A stretch of DNA of 64,000 bases from Candidatus Cloacimonadales bacterium (GCA_963677495.2 CAXXOU010000004.1:576001-640000); one strand, 5' to 3'. Shown: positions 48,238-58,550, counted from the first letter of the stretch. The notes: generated by a model not told the origin, from the sequence alone. Translations and numbers: made by a program.

Positions 48238-48969
48238 ATGAATAGAAAGATATTATATACATTATTAAGTTTACTTATATTTATAACAGCCCTCAGTGCT
48301 GTTGATTTCCCTAAACCGTATGGTTGGATTAATGATTACGTAAATGCGATTAATGCAACTGATGAAGCAAAAATGAAGGATCTAATTTCTGAAGTAAAGC
48401 AGAAAACAGGGGTTGAGATTGCTGTTGGAGTTGTTCCCGATTTACAGGGTATGGATTACGAAGATTATGCTAATCAATTATACCGTTTTTGGGGAGTTGG
48501 GAATAAAAAAAACGAGGGTGTACTAATCCTTATTGCTATTAAAGAAAGAAAGATTAAGATTGAGACCGGTTATGGTTCGGAAGGTTATCTCACCGACTAT
48601 AAAACATCTCAGATATACAATAATATGAAAACATATCTAAATAGGGGTATGGAAGATTACTCCCGGGCTGTTGGCTATGCTGTCAGTATGTGTGCAAACG
48701 AGATAGCAAGAGAGCATCTTGTGAAACTTACTGGTCAATATTCAACACGAAGGAAACAGAGAAGAACAGGTATAAGTGCATCGACCATTATTTTTATCAT
48801 TCTAATTATCGTTACCAGAGGTAGAATCCTCTTATGGGCAATGCTCTTTGGGGGCGGAGGAAGTTTCGGTGGAATGGGTAGTGGACGCTCAGGTGGCGGA
48901 GGCTTTGGTGGTTTCGGTGGCTTTGGAGGTGGCAGCTCCGGTGGTGGAGGTGCAGGAGGTAGTTTCTGA
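48238..48969 (+). CDS. TPM domain protein with a Gly-rich tail
   Basis: INDYVN..WGVG..NEGVLILIA...IETGYGSEG and a GGFGGG tail. Confidence 0.9.
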   Translation: MNRKILYTLLSLLIFITALSAVDFPKPYGWINDYVNAINATDEAKMKDLISEVKQKTGVEIAVGVVPDLQGMDYEDYANQLYRFWGVGNKKNEGVLILIAIKERKIKIETGYGSEGYLTDYKTSQIYNNMKTYLNRGMEDYSRAVGYAVSMCANEIAREHLVKLTGQYSTRRKQRRTGISASTIIFIILIIVTRGRILLWAMLFGGGGSFGGMGSGRSGGGGFGGFGGFGGGSSGGGGAGGSF

Positions 48970-49559
48970 TGGATTTTCTCATAGTATTTATCAAAGTTTT
49001 AATTGTTCTTGCTGTCAATATAGGGTTCGGACTCTTTCTCGCAGAAATACTGCGTTTTTTCTTAATTAATCAATGGAAGCGTAAAATTGTTATTGGAAAC
49101 TTCAATCTTACTCCGGGTTTCATTATTCAGAAACGACAGTGGGTCTTAGATAAAGCTTATGACCTTCTCAGTGACTATCTCGACCAAGCTGACGGCAAAT
49201 CTGAAGGATACTTAGCTAAATGGGAACAAAAGGTCTATGATTTCATATATGAAAATATGGAGTTTGTAGAAAAAGCTAAACTTCTACCTGAATCGTTCAG
49301 AGTAAAGATTAGACACATGTCCGGTAGCTTTGCCAGAATGCTGGCAGCAAAACTTCTCCGTGAGTTTGTCCCATTTGTTATCGATAAATACAAAATCAAA
49401 AACAAGATTGATCTGGTCGCCTCTAAGATAGAAGTTGAAACTATAGTGGAATTCTATAATAAGTATGTACATGAATACCTAACCAAGTTCAACTTATTCT
49501 TCTTTGGATTAATCGGTATTATAAACGTTATTACATTCCTACTCTTGTTATTATTCTAA
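48969..49559 (+). CDS. Hypothetical membrane protein (DUF445-like topology)
   Basis: TM at both termini, TPG.I motif, TGATG overlap with the upstream gene. Confidence 0.6.
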   Translation: MDFLIVFIKVLIVLAVNIGFGLFLAEILRFFLINQWKRKIVIGNFNLTPGFIIQKRQWVLDKAYDLLSDYLDQADGKSEGYLAKWEQKVYDFIYENMEFVEKAKLLPESFRVKIRHMSGSFARMLAAKLLREFVPFVIDKYKIKNKIDLVASKIEVETIVEFYNKYVHEYLTKFNLFFFGLIGIINVITFLLLLLF

Positions 49560-49575
49560 TATTGCTCCCTTTTAA

Positions 49576-49685
49576 AACACGGGGATCTCTCGGGACTCTC
49601 ACGGGACTTACACGGGAGTCACGCGGGACTTTGCCCGAACAATCTCCGTCAAATTACCACTCAATACCCCAATAATTCCCGAGAG
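49576..49685. repeat. 11-bp-phased CGGG/CCCG inverted array (type C)
   Basis: CGGG at 49580, 49591, 49602, 49613, 49624, then CCCG/TCCG/ACCA/CCCC/CCCG at 49634, 49645, 49656, 49667, 49678. Confidence 0.75.
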
Positions 49686-49736
49686 TTAGAGGAGAATACT
49701 TAAGCTAAGAGATAGCAGGATTAAACATAAGCAATT

Positions 49737-49766
49737 AAAAAAGACTGCTTACTCAGAAGCAGTCTT
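49737..49766 (-). terminator. Terminator between convergent genes
   Basis: AAAAAAGACTGCTT-ACTCAG-AAGCAGTCTT. Confidence 0.7.
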
Positions 49767-49786
49767 ATGAAATAGCTGTTTAGTTG

Positions 49787-52258
49787 CTATTTGATTAGTA
49801 CCATGCGTCTTGTATCAGTCTTAGTTTCAGTTACCCAACGTACGAAATATATTCCACTTGAGAAACCATCGAAAGAGATAGGTAAAGTTATCTTTGTATT
49901 GTCATCGACTACACCCTCGAACACGTTCATCACTACTTCACCCTTGATATTATATATATTAACAGCTACTTCTTCCTGATTGGCAATATAGAATGAGATA
50001 GTAGTGGAAGGATTAAACGGATTAGGATAGACTCCCAGTAGGGCAGATCGCTCTATATTCGGATTGTTTTCTCCACCATTATCCTCATTAAAAACAACTT
50101 CAATAGGTCCGAATAATTCTAACTCTCCATCTAAAGAAACACTCTCGAGCCAATAGAAGTAAGTAGTGGCATTAATCTCATTGTCCTTGAAGCTATAATC
50201 AGCACCATTTGCCAGATTAGAAGCTAATATTGTTGCACCATTGATTCTATACGATTCAGAAGATTCAGGGTTCTCATTTCTAAAAATGTTAAAACCTACT
50301 AATGAACTTTCTGACTCAGTTTTCCAAGTTAAGGTAACATCTGAGTCTGTAAAACATACTGCTTCGAAATATGAGAGAACAACAGGAAGTGTATCATTAA
50401 CATACTCTATCCCATCGCTATCTGAGACAGTTGGTGAGCTCTGAGCATCAACATAGAGAGCATCATTCCCATCATCAGCATAATTGTCTTCTGCTGTTAC
50501 AGAAACTATCTCAGGGGAAGAGTTCTCTAAATAAAATCCTCCACCTGTATTATTAGGTGAAATACCATCAGCATTACCTTTTGTCACGATTATCCCATCT
50601 ATACGAGTAAGGGGTGATAAATTTGCTAGATAGAAAACATGATAGCTGTTATCATCAAAGTTACCCGGTTGTCCAATATCTCCACTGGTGTAGACAAAGT
50701 ATGAATCACTATTTCTGCTACTCAAATGCGCATTATCAATATCATTGGCATCTTCAGGGAAACCACCATAGATGATGATATCACTATCAACATAAAAAGC
50801 TTTGGCTCGAGGATCTGATGCCATACCGGGTATATACTGAGTCGGATAATATGTCCCTTCAGCAATCCAGACCTCTGAAGCTCCTGAGTCCAGAGCGCCT
50901 TGTAACCAGGAAGTAGCATTTTCCCATGAACTGCCGTCAGCTAAACCGGAGGAAGCACTCTTTACATAGATGATTCCATTTGCATCAGGATTAAGAACGA
51001 TATATCCATGCTCATAGACGCCCATGTCGACAGTTGTATCAAGGACACGGGGATTACCGTCAATATCTGTTGAAATTACTGGTAGTAAGCTGTCACTACC
51101 ATCAATATAACTGTTGTTACCGGTATTCAGACATGGTGAAGAGGATTCAAGTCTCCAGTCACCATCAACCGGATTAAAGAAATTGGGACCGGTTTCATTT
51201 GTTTCACTTAGATTAATGTTTCCTGTACCTGTATATCCACCTTCAATAGCGCAATAGCTGAAGGTCATGCTTGTTCCGCCAAATTGAATTCTATTGTTAT
51301 CTTGATAATTTCCCCAAAGAATTGTGTTGAAAGCTTTGGTTCGGGAAGTGTTTGTTCCATAGTTACCTATTCCACCTCCTGTTCCATTTGTCCTATTGTT
51401 GGCAATAACACAGTTTACAATTCGATGTCCTGTTGACCAACTACAACAGACACCTCCACCTCTGGCACTACCATTAGAGGAATAGTTATCTGTGATAATA
51501 CAATTGATAAGGTTCCCGCCATTATGCAGCTTAACTGCTCCACCGTCACCTGTATCTCCACATTCTCCTGTTGCTAAATTATAACTGAAAACACAATCGA
51601 TAAGAGTTCCACCACTGAAAGTAATAGCTCCACCTGCATTATTGCCTCGATTATAGATTAATCTGCAATTTCTTAAGAAAGCTTTGTTGTTTGTGAGATG
51701 AGCCCCACCTCCATCATGATATGGGCGACTTACTTTACGGTTGGCATTGCCACCACTAATAGTGAAACCATCTAGCACAGTTTCTGTGTAAACATTATAA
51801 TAGTATACTACATTATAACTGTTATTAGCGTTATTGACAGAGTTTGAACTATATGTATCCCATTGAGTGTAGTCATCATTCTGGTCAAGGTCACCGCTTA
51901 GAATCGTTTCATTGATCTGACCTATCCAGTAATTCGTTCTTTCCTCTAATGAAGTCTCATCTCCACTAAAACCTCCATAAACATCTATACCATTTCTAAT
52001 TATGAAGGTATAGGTTCTTGCAAGAACAGCACCGTTAGTACCTAAAGGATTAGGACTTGTTGGATAATAAGTACCTTTGGCAACCCATACTTCGTCACCC
52101 GATGATGCTGCATCAATAGCATCCTGAACCTGATTAAAAGCATTATTCCAAGTTAGTCCATCGGTATTAGCACCATCCTGAGAGACATAATAGGTAGTTG
52201 ATAATAACTGAAAAGCTAAGAAAGTGAAAAGCAAGGCAAATACTAGCTTCGTTCTCAT
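49787..52258 (-). CDS. Secreted parallel beta-helix/choice-of-anchor Q protein with LPVxLSxF module and T9SS/FlgD-type C-terminal domain
   Basis: Signal peptide, duplicated DG.[TS]W.NA...Q.A....EVW.A.GTYYP module, SPCLNTG..DIDGNPR..VDMGVYE, LPVVLSYF, YPNPFNPST..YNIKG..SSGIYF. Confidence 0.85.
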   Translation of the reverse strand: MRTKLVFALLFTFLAFQLLSTTYYVSQDGANTDGLTWNNAFNQVQDAIDAASSGDEVWVAKGTYYPTSPNPLGTNGAVLARTYTFIIRNGIDVYGGFSGDETSLEERTNYWIGQINETILSGDLDQNDDYTQWDTYSSNSVNNANNSYNVVYYYNVYTETVLDGFTISGGNANRKVSRPYHDGGGAHLTNNKAFLRNCRLIYNRGNNAGGAITFSGGTLIDCVFSYNLATGECGDTGDGGAVKLHNGGNLINCIITDNYSSNGSARGGGVCCSWSTGHRIVNCVIANNRTNGTGGGIGNYGTNTSRTKAFNTILWGNYQDNNRIQFGGTSMTFSYCAIEGGYTGTGNINLSETNETGPNFFNPVDGDWRLESSSPCLNTGNNSYIDGSDSLLPVISTDIDGNPRVLDTTVDMGVYEHGYIVLNPDANGIIYVKSASSGLADGSSWENATSWLQGALDSGASEVWIAEGTYYPTQYIPGMASDPRAKAFYVDSDIIIYGGFPEDANDIDNAHLSSRNSDSYFVYTSGDIGQPGNFDDNSYHVFYLANLSPLTRIDGIIVTKGNADGISPNNTGGGFYLENSSPEIVSVTAEDNYADDGNDALYVDAQSSPTVSDSDGIEYVNDTLPVVLSYFEAVCFTDSDVTLTWKTESESSLVGFNIFRNENPESSESYRINGATILASNLANGADYSFKDNEINATTYFYWLESVSLDGELELFGPIEVVFNEDNGGENNPNIERSALLGVYPNPFNPSTTISFYIANQEEVAVNIYNIKGEVVMNVFEGVVDDNTKITLPISFDGFSSGIYFVRWVTETKTDTRRMVLIK

Positions 52259-52464
52259 AATAATTCCTCCTGAATTGTTTTAGAATTTTGAATAAATTGA
52301 TTAATTTTCCCATATATGTTCAGAGGAAACATGGTGTTCTTAATAGATCCGTCTTGCAAAGTTAGTGTGAGGTAGCAATAAACCTTACCTGCATAGATTT
52401 TACCAACTGTTCTTGACGCATCAATCAGTTTTGTCATTTCCTCTAAGTTATACATTTTTTTCAT
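52255..52464 (-). CDS. Small hypothetical protein or leader ORF
   Basis: 69 aa, overlaps the start of the downstream gene by 4 nt, no recognisable motif. Confidence 0.35.
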   Translation of the reverse strand: MKKMYNLEEMTKLIDASRTVGKIYAGKVYCYLTLTLQDGSIKNTMFPLNIYGKINQFIQNSKTIQEELL

Positions 52465-52475
52465 AACCTATATTA

Positions 52476-52493
52476 TTGCATTGAAGATTCCAA
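52476..52493 (-). promoter_or_regulatory. Putative sigma-54 (-24/-12) promoter
   Basis: The minus strand reads TTGG-AATCTTCAAT-GCAA (GG-N10-GC), divergent from a bEBP gene. Confidence 0.6.
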
Positions 52494-52577
52494 AATTGGA
52501 TTGATATGATAAGTAGCTGTTTCGCAATATATTAGCAGGAGTATGAAAGGATTTTACGTGTAGATTAACACCCCCTG

Positions 52578-52618
52578 TTTCCCGAAATCGGGATATGATT
52601 AATCACGATTTCGGGAAA
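52578..52618. promoter_or_regulatory. Putative enhancer (UAS) for the adjacent sigma-54 activator
   Basis: Perfect 13-bp IR TTTCCCGAAATCG...CGATTTCGGGAAA, made of two palindromic sites (TCCCGAAATCGGGA and TCACGATTTCGGGA), about 90-130 bp upstream of the -24 element. Confidence 0.65.
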
Positions 52619-52721
52619 GAAGTATGTATATCTGTGAAAGACCAACAGAAAGTTTCACAATAACAGAAGCAAAAACTTGACAGCATTACTATAAATAGCT
52701 GTATCAATTTAGGAGATTAGA

Positions 52722-54956
52722 ATGGGCTTAAAAACAGATTTATCAGATAAGATTATCGATTGTTATCAAGAGATATTAAACAATGAAAAGATAACCGATT
52801 ATGAAGAGCTTTGTAGAATAACTCTGAAAGCTTATCGAAGGCTTTTGGACGCAGGTTATACTCCATCAGAAAACTCAACGAATGCATTTCTAAAAGTTCT
52901 AGAGCACTGTTCAGAAGATAATTCAATGGGATTAACAGAATTAGATGCAAAGGTTATTTTGAAAGCAGGAAGTTTAAGTAATCGTTATGATTTAATTACA
53001 ACAATATTTACAAACCTTCTCCATGTTTCTATCTCTAACAATTTTTCGATATGCCCTATATTAGTAAACTACATAGATTCTTCGATTACAGAACAATGTC
53101 CATATCTTATTGTAGCAAAAGCTTACTATCAGATAATTCAATACTATTCAGGTAAGAAAGAATTTGAGAAGTGCTCTCCCTATTTTGATAAGTTGGAGTC
53201 CATTGTAACTGTTGTGGACGACCCCAAAATAATTTATTACTACTACTTGAGTTATGGCTGTTTTCATTATACACAAGGTGAGTTGTTTAAAGCCATCCAT
53301 TTCTTGAATAGGGTTGTTAGTTACAAGGATAATCCTCCTGATTCTTCACAATATTATAGAGCACATTTTCTACTAGCCTTATCTTATGCTTCAAACTCAA
53401 TTATGGATAAAGCAATTGAACATATTGATGTTCTTTTAAATGAGAATAGTGGATTTAACAAATTGAAGCTATCAACTTACAAAGCAAGGATGTTTAGTCA
53501 GAGAAAAGATTTTGTGTCTGCTGAACGTATTTTATCTGATTTGTTAGCTAAGAACAAAGACAATGAACAAGTATCTAAACTGGTAAATGCTGACCTTTTT
53601 ATGATATCTTTAATGCAAGATAATTCCGAAAAGATTCAGAAGTATTATGAACTAATTGATGATAAAAGCTTATCTAATATTCCCAAACTTTTTCGAGATT
53701 ACTATTACCTGCATACAGGAGAGCTAGACCAAATAAAGTTGGAGAGCATATATAGGGACTATGAGAAGGCCTCTAGAGATAAGAACCCTTATTCAAAACA
53801 GTACTTAAACTTTCTTGTTGAATATTATATTAGAAAGCAGGATTACCAAAATGCATATGATCAGTTTCAAGAACTTCTCAAGAAGAACCGGGAGATTGAG
53901 ACACAGTACAAAATACTGGAACTGGAATCCTATTTGAATCTCTTAGAGAAGTACGAAGAATTCAAGAGTGATGAGATGTCTAAACGGGATTTGGTTTCAT
54001 CAATAGAAAAGAGTAAGTTGGAAAAGAGTATAGTTGGAAAATCACTTGAACTTAGAAAAGTATTAGGTGATAGTAAGATTGTTGCTAATGCTCATTTCTC
54101 GAATGTCCTGTTAACAGGAGAGACAGGAACCGGTAAAGAGTTGATTGCGAAGTTGATTCATTACAACAGTAATAGAAGGAACAAAAATTTCTGTGAGATA
54201 AATCTTTCTGCTCTCTCTCCAACTTTAATTGAAAGTGAACTGTTTGGGTACAAGAAAGGAGCATTTACCGGTGCTCTTCAAGATAAAAAGGGTTTATTGG
54301 AAATTGTACATAATGGAACTTTATTCTTAGATGAAATCTCAGAGATACCCACAGAGATTCAAACTAAGCTTCTCAAAGTTATTGAAGAAAAGAGCTTTTA
54401 TCCTATTGGGGCAACTAAGCCTATGCAATCTAATTTCAGATTAATTTGTGCTACAAACAAAGATTTAAAGAGTTTAGCTGAACAAGATAAATTTAGAATT
54501 GATTTATATTATCGATTATCAAGTTATGAAATTGTAATACCTGCTCTGCGAAAACGTAAGAGTGATATCCCTCTTCTAGTTAAGTACTTCATCAAAATAT
54601 TTTCCGATGAACTGAAGAGACCTGAGTTCTCTCTAACTGATAATCAAATGGACTTACTTTTACAATATGATTTCCCTGGAAATGTGAGAGAACTAAAAAA
54701 TCTAGCACAAAGAATCGTAATTTGCTATCATAACGGACAAGCAGTTGACAATGTTATCAACAGTTTTATCACTTCTAGAGAAATGAATACAGAATTAAGC
54801 ACTTTTAATCTTGAAAAGATTGAGAAGGATACAATAATCAGAGCTTTGAAGAGGTGTAAAGGAGTTCAATCACAGGCAGCTAAGCTACTAGGAATTAGTA
54901 ATAATGCAATCGCTAGAAAGATAAGTAAGCATGGATTAAGAGACATCTGTAAATAA
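52722..54956 (+). CDS. Sigma-54-dependent enhancer-binding protein with a TPR-like N-terminus and Fis-type HTH
   Basis: GETGTGKE, ESELFGYKKGAFTGA, LFLDEI, FRIDLYYRL, FPGNVREL, QAAKLLGIS. Confidence 0.92.
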   Translation: MGLKTDLSDKIIDCYQEILNNEKITDYEELCRITLKAYRRLLDAGYTPSENSTNAFLKVLEHCSEDNSMGLTELDAKVILKAGSLSNRYDLITTIFTNLLHVSISNNFSICPILVNYIDSSITEQCPYLIVAKAYYQIIQYYSGKKEFEKCSPYFDKLESIVTVVDDPKIIYYYYLSYGCFHYTQGELFKAIHFLNRVVSYKDNPPDSSQYYRAHFLLALSYASNSIMDKAIEHIDVLLNENSGFNKLKLSTYKARMFSQRKDFVSAERILSDLLAKNKDNEQVSKLVNADLFMISLMQDNSEKIQKYYELIDDKSLSNIPKLFRDYYYLHTGELDQIKLESIYRDYEKASRDKNPYSKQYLNFLVEYYIRKQDYQNAYDQFQELLKKNREIETQYKILELESYLNLLEKYEEFKSDEMSKRDLVSSIEKSKLEKSIVGKSLELRKVLGDSKIVANAHFSNVLLTGETGTGKELIAKLIHYNSNRRNKNFCEINLSALSPTLIESELFGYKKGAFTGALQDKKGLLEIVHNGTLFLDEISEIPTEIQTKLLKVIEEKSFYPIGATKPMQSNFRLICATNKDLKSLAEQDKFRIDLYYRLSSYEIVIPALRKRKSDIPLLVKYFIKIFSDELKRPEFSLTDNQMDLLLQYDFPGNVRELKNLAQRIVICYHNGQAVDNVINSFITSREMNTELSTFNLEKIEKDTIIRALKRCKGVQSQAAKLLGISNNAIARKISKHGLRDICK

Positions 54957-55266
54957 GGAAATAAATCACAATATCGTCATAATTAACATAAACTTAAGAA
55001 TCTATACTATTATAGTATGAAAAGCTGAATATAGCATAGCTTTACACTATTCATTATTGCAATTAACTTAAATCTAAATTTCATTTAGCGATATGTAAAA
55101 GCTTAAATCGTTATTTTTGTCACAATTTTATTTATCGGCATAAGTGTATGTGTAGTAGACGATAGTAGAATTTAGCTTAGTAAATATAAATGCAAGAGCC
55201 GATTTATGTTGACAATCATAAGTGCAATAGTAAAAGGTGCTCAAAATTAAAATCTTGGAGGATTTA

Positions 55267-56607
55267 ATGACTATTAATGATTTTATGGCACAAGTCGAAG
55301 TGAAGAATCCGGCTCAGCCCGAATTCATTCAGGCAGTAAGAGAAGTTGTGGAGTCAGTTTGGGAGTATTACCATGCACACCCACGCTACGTAAAAGCTAA
55401 AGTATTAGACAGAATCGTAGAGCCTGAAAGAGTCATTATGTTCCGCGTTCCTTGGATGGATGACAAAGGTGAAGTTCAAGTGAACCGTGGATACCGTGTT
55501 GAATTCAACAGTGCTATTGGACCTTACAAAGGTGGATTACGTTTCCATCCTTCTGTAACTTTATCAATCCTTAAGTTCCTCGGTTTCGAGCAGATCTTCA
55601 AAAACAGTCTTACAACACTCCCAATGGGTGGCGGTAAGGGTGGATCTGACTTTGACGCTAAAGGCAAATCAGATGCTGAAATCATGCGTTTCTGCCAATC
55701 ATTCATGATGGAACTTTTCCGTCATATCGGACCTAACACAGACGTTCCTGCTGGTGACATCGGTGTTGGTGGACGTGAGATTGGTTACATGTTCGGTATG
55801 TATAAGAAACTTCGTAATGAGTTCACTGGTGTTCTTACAGGTAAAGGCCTTAACTGGGGTGGTTCACTTATCAGACCTGAAGCTACAGGTTTTGGTGCTA
55901 CTTACTTTGCTAAAGAGATGCTTAAAACAAAAGATATGACTTTTGAAGGCAAGAAAGTTGCTCTTTCAGGTTTCGGTAACGTTGCTTGGGGCGCTGCTCA
56001 GAAAGTTACTATGCTTGGTGGAACAGTTATCACTATTTCAGGTCCTGACGGATACGTTCTCGATGAAGAAGGTATTAACACACCTGAAAAATTCGATTAC
56101 CTTCTTGAACTTCGTGCATCAAACAACGACCGCGTAAGCGATTACGTTGAAGCATTCCCTAATGCTAAATTCTTCCCTGGCAAACGCCCTTGGGAAGTTA
56201 AAGTTGATGTTGCTATGCCATGTGCTACTCAGAACGAACTTAATGAAGATGATGCTAAAGCACTCGTTGCAAATGGTGTTATTGCTATCTCTGAAGGTGC
56301 TAACATGCCTTGTACTCCTGGTGCAGTTCATGTATTCCTTGAGAACAAAATTCTCTTTGCTCCTGGTAAAGCTGCTAACGCCGGTGGTGTTGCAACTTCA
56401 GGTCTTGAGATGTCACAGAACAGCTTACGTTTCAACTGGACTGCTGAAGAAGTTGATGAAAAACTTCACAGAATCATGTGCGACATTCACGATGCATGTG
56501 TTAAGTTCGGTAAAGACGAAGATGGTTTCGTTGATTACGTTAAAGGTGCAAACATTGCAGGTTTCGTAAAAGTTGCTGATGCTATGCTTGACCAGGGTGT
56601 TGTATAA
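55267..56607 (+). CDS. gdhA: NAD(P)-specific glutamate dehydrogenase
   Basis: GPYKGGLRFHP, FEQIFKN, PMGGGKGGSDF (catalytic Lys intact), PAGDIGVG, RPEATG, EGANMP. Strongly biased codon usage and GGAGG RBS before ATG 55267. Confidence 0.97.
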   Translation: MTINDFMAQVEVKNPAQPEFIQAVREVVESVWEYYHAHPRYVKAKVLDRIVEPERVIMFRVPWMDDKGEVQVNRGYRVEFNSAIGPYKGGLRFHPSVTLSILKFLGFEQIFKNSLTTLPMGGGKGGSDFDAKGKSDAEIMRFCQSFMMELFRHIGPNTDVPAGDIGVGGREIGYMFGMYKKLRNEFTGVLTGKGLNWGGSLIRPEATGFGATYFAKEMLKTKDMTFEGKKVALSGFGNVAWGAAQKVTMLGGTVITISGPDGYVLDEEGINTPEKFDYLLELRASNNDRVSDYVEAFPNAKFFPGKRPWEVKVDVAMPCATQNELNEDDAKALVANGVIAISEGANMPCTPGAVHVFLENKILFAPGKAANAGGVATSGLEMSQNSLRFNWTAEEVDEKLHRIMCDIHDACVKFGKDEDGFVDYVKGANIAGFVKVADAMLDQGVV

Positions 56608-56632
56608 ACTACCCCTTTAACTAGTATATATT

Positions 56633-56668
56633 AAAAGGCTCCCAATCGGGAGCCTTTCTTTGTTTTTT
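56633..56668 (+). terminator. Intrinsic terminator
   Basis: AAAAGGCTCCC-AATC-GGGAGCCTTTCTTTGTTTTTT. Confidence 0.85.
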
Positions 56669-56794
56669 TACTAAAAGCATCAATTATGGAGGAAGATTGG
56701 GTTGCAATTTATAGTTTCCTATCTATAATATATACAAAGCATTACAAGTATTGCTGATTGTAAATAAGTTTTGTAACTATAGAAGGAGTGCATT

Positions 56795-58150
56795 ATGAAG
56801 AAAGTATCAATCTTGATATCGATGATGTTTGTTTGGATTATATTGAGTGGGCAAACTCTTAACTATCCGGAAAGTATAGCTTATGACTATAATACCGGTT
56901 GGCGCTATATAAGTAATAATGGTAATGGATCAATAATCAGGGATCAAAATGATAATCAATATACATATTTTTCTCAAGGGTTGGGAGGTGTAAGAGGGTT
57001 ACTGGTTCAAGAGCAGAAGCTCTTTGCTGCTACTAATTTGGGATTAGCAGTTTTTGATTTAGTGACTGACCAGCTTGCATCAACTATACCTATTCCAAAC
57101 TCTATTTTTTTAAATGATGTCGTTGCTGATAATTCAGGGAACATCTACATATCGGATAGCCAAGCTTTCAAGATCTTCAAATATTCAATCATTTCAGAAG
57201 TTGTAACTACTTTTGTTGATACTGGAATACAAAATCCTAATGGAATGGTTTTTGATAGTTCGAATGATAGATTGCTTATCGTTTCAGCAAGAGCAAATGC
57301 ACCAATTCAAGCTATAGATCTATCTGATGGTTCAATAAGCACTGTTCTAACTACAAATGTCGGGAGTTTAGATGGGTTAGGTGTTGATAGAAATGGTGCA
57401 ATATACTTTTCTAGTTGGGCAACCAGCTCAATATACCGACTGACAACCCTTAATAGCACTCCGCTACAGATATGGACAGGTATTTCGGGTCCTGCAGATT
57501 TCTATATTTACTATACCGAAACTTCAACTGATAGTTCTGTAAGCATAGAAAGTCAAATATGGATACCTAGTATGCTGAACCAAAGCGTTATAACATATGA
57601 TCTACCAAACACAGTAAATCACTTTAGTCCAAACATAGACAGTCAAAATCAGGATTTATATGGTTGGCGATCTAATTATGAGTATCTACTTCAAGGATAT
57701 AATATTTATCAAAGTAATAATAATAATTTTGGACAAGCAGTATTGGTAACTTCAAGTATTATCCAACCGCAAAACACAGAGAATGCAGTCTATTTTCTTA
57801 ACAATTACTACAATGGTGATGGTTTTATTTGGATAGAATCAATAGAAGTAGATGGAACTCAGCATCTATATGGTCCATATAATGTTAGTGGAACAAACAC
57901 GTTAGAAACTCCTCAAGTAACTGATATTACTATTGATAACGAAGATATAGAAATACAATGGGAACCTGTTACAGGCGCTACATCCTATAAAGTATATGTT
58001 CAAGTGGATGCAGATGGAGATTTTACTGATAATAGTGACTTAGGAATGTTTAGTAGTACAGAATCGATGGTTACTTGGTCAACATCTGGCAATCCTGATT
58101 TTGTGATTTGGGATAGAGCATTCTTTTTCGTAAAAGCTGTAGCTGAATAA
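56795..58150 (+). CDS. Secreted SMP-30/gluconolactonase-like beta-propeller protein with a WDRAFF-type C-terminal domain
   Basis: Signal peptide, PESIAYD, FLNDV..D..GNIYISDS, PNGM, LDGL, GPAD blade motifs, C-terminus WDRAFFFVKAVAE. Confidence 0.8.
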   Translation: MKKVSILISMMFVWIILSGQTLNYPESIAYDYNTGWRYISNNGNGSIIRDQNDNQYTYFSQGLGGVRGLLVQEQKLFAATNLGLAVFDLVTDQLASTIPIPNSIFLNDVVADNSGNIYISDSQAFKIFKYSIISEVVTTFVDTGIQNPNGMVFDSSNDRLLIVSARANAPIQAIDLSDGSISTVLTTNVGSLDGLGVDRNGAIYFSSWATSSIYRLTTLNSTPLQIWTGISGPADFYIYYTETSTDSSVSIESQIWIPSMLNQSVITYDLPNTVNHFSPNIDSQNQDLYGWRSNYEYLLQGYNIYQSNNNNFGQAVLVTSSIIQPQNTENAVYFLNNYYNGDGFIWIESIEVDGTQHLYGPYNVSGTNTLETPQVTDITIDNEDIEIQWEPVTGATSYKVYVQVDADGDFTDNSDLGMFSSTESMVTWSTSGNPDFVIWDRAFFFVKAVAE

Positions 58151-58272
58151 GCATCTATTTCTGAAGTAGACTTATCGTTAGGTGAGTTATATTTAGAGTT
58201 GTAATATATTGAACTTAGTTTACACTTTGTCAACTAGTTCAATTCTTTTCCACGATTTTCTCCATAATTAAT

Positions 58273-58550
58273 AAACCTCCCCTGGGTTTCCCTTACCTCT
58301 CTCTTGAGTCTCTCTTGCAAAGGCTAGAGAAAGGCAACGGAGTGGCTAGGGAGAGGCAGGCGAGATTTCACCATTTATACCAGACTTTTGTCAGGCTAAT
58401 TCTACTCACGTCTATCATTCTTCACTCAGCAGTAATTAGTGATTCCAAGCTAGTTTTAACTTGGTGATATGTTGGCCAGATCTTGGCAATTAGGCCAGGA
58501 ATAGGCCAAGGGTTTACCAAGTGTTTACCAAGTGTTGCTCAAGAATTACT
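58273..58550. repeat. Copy 2 of the type B 11-bp-phased element
   Basis: CCTG/CTTA/CTTG/CTTG at 58281, 58292, 58303, 58314; CTAG/CAAC/CTAG/CAGG at 58324, 58335, 58346, 58357; CAGG/CAAG at 58496, 58507, 58518, 58529. Same offsets as 7484-7732. Confidence 0.8.

Noticed and set aside
54960..55230. Riboswitch or sRNA upstream of gdhA
   Set aside because: AT-rich, with no convincing stems or recognisable family motif by eye. A covariance-model search would be needed.
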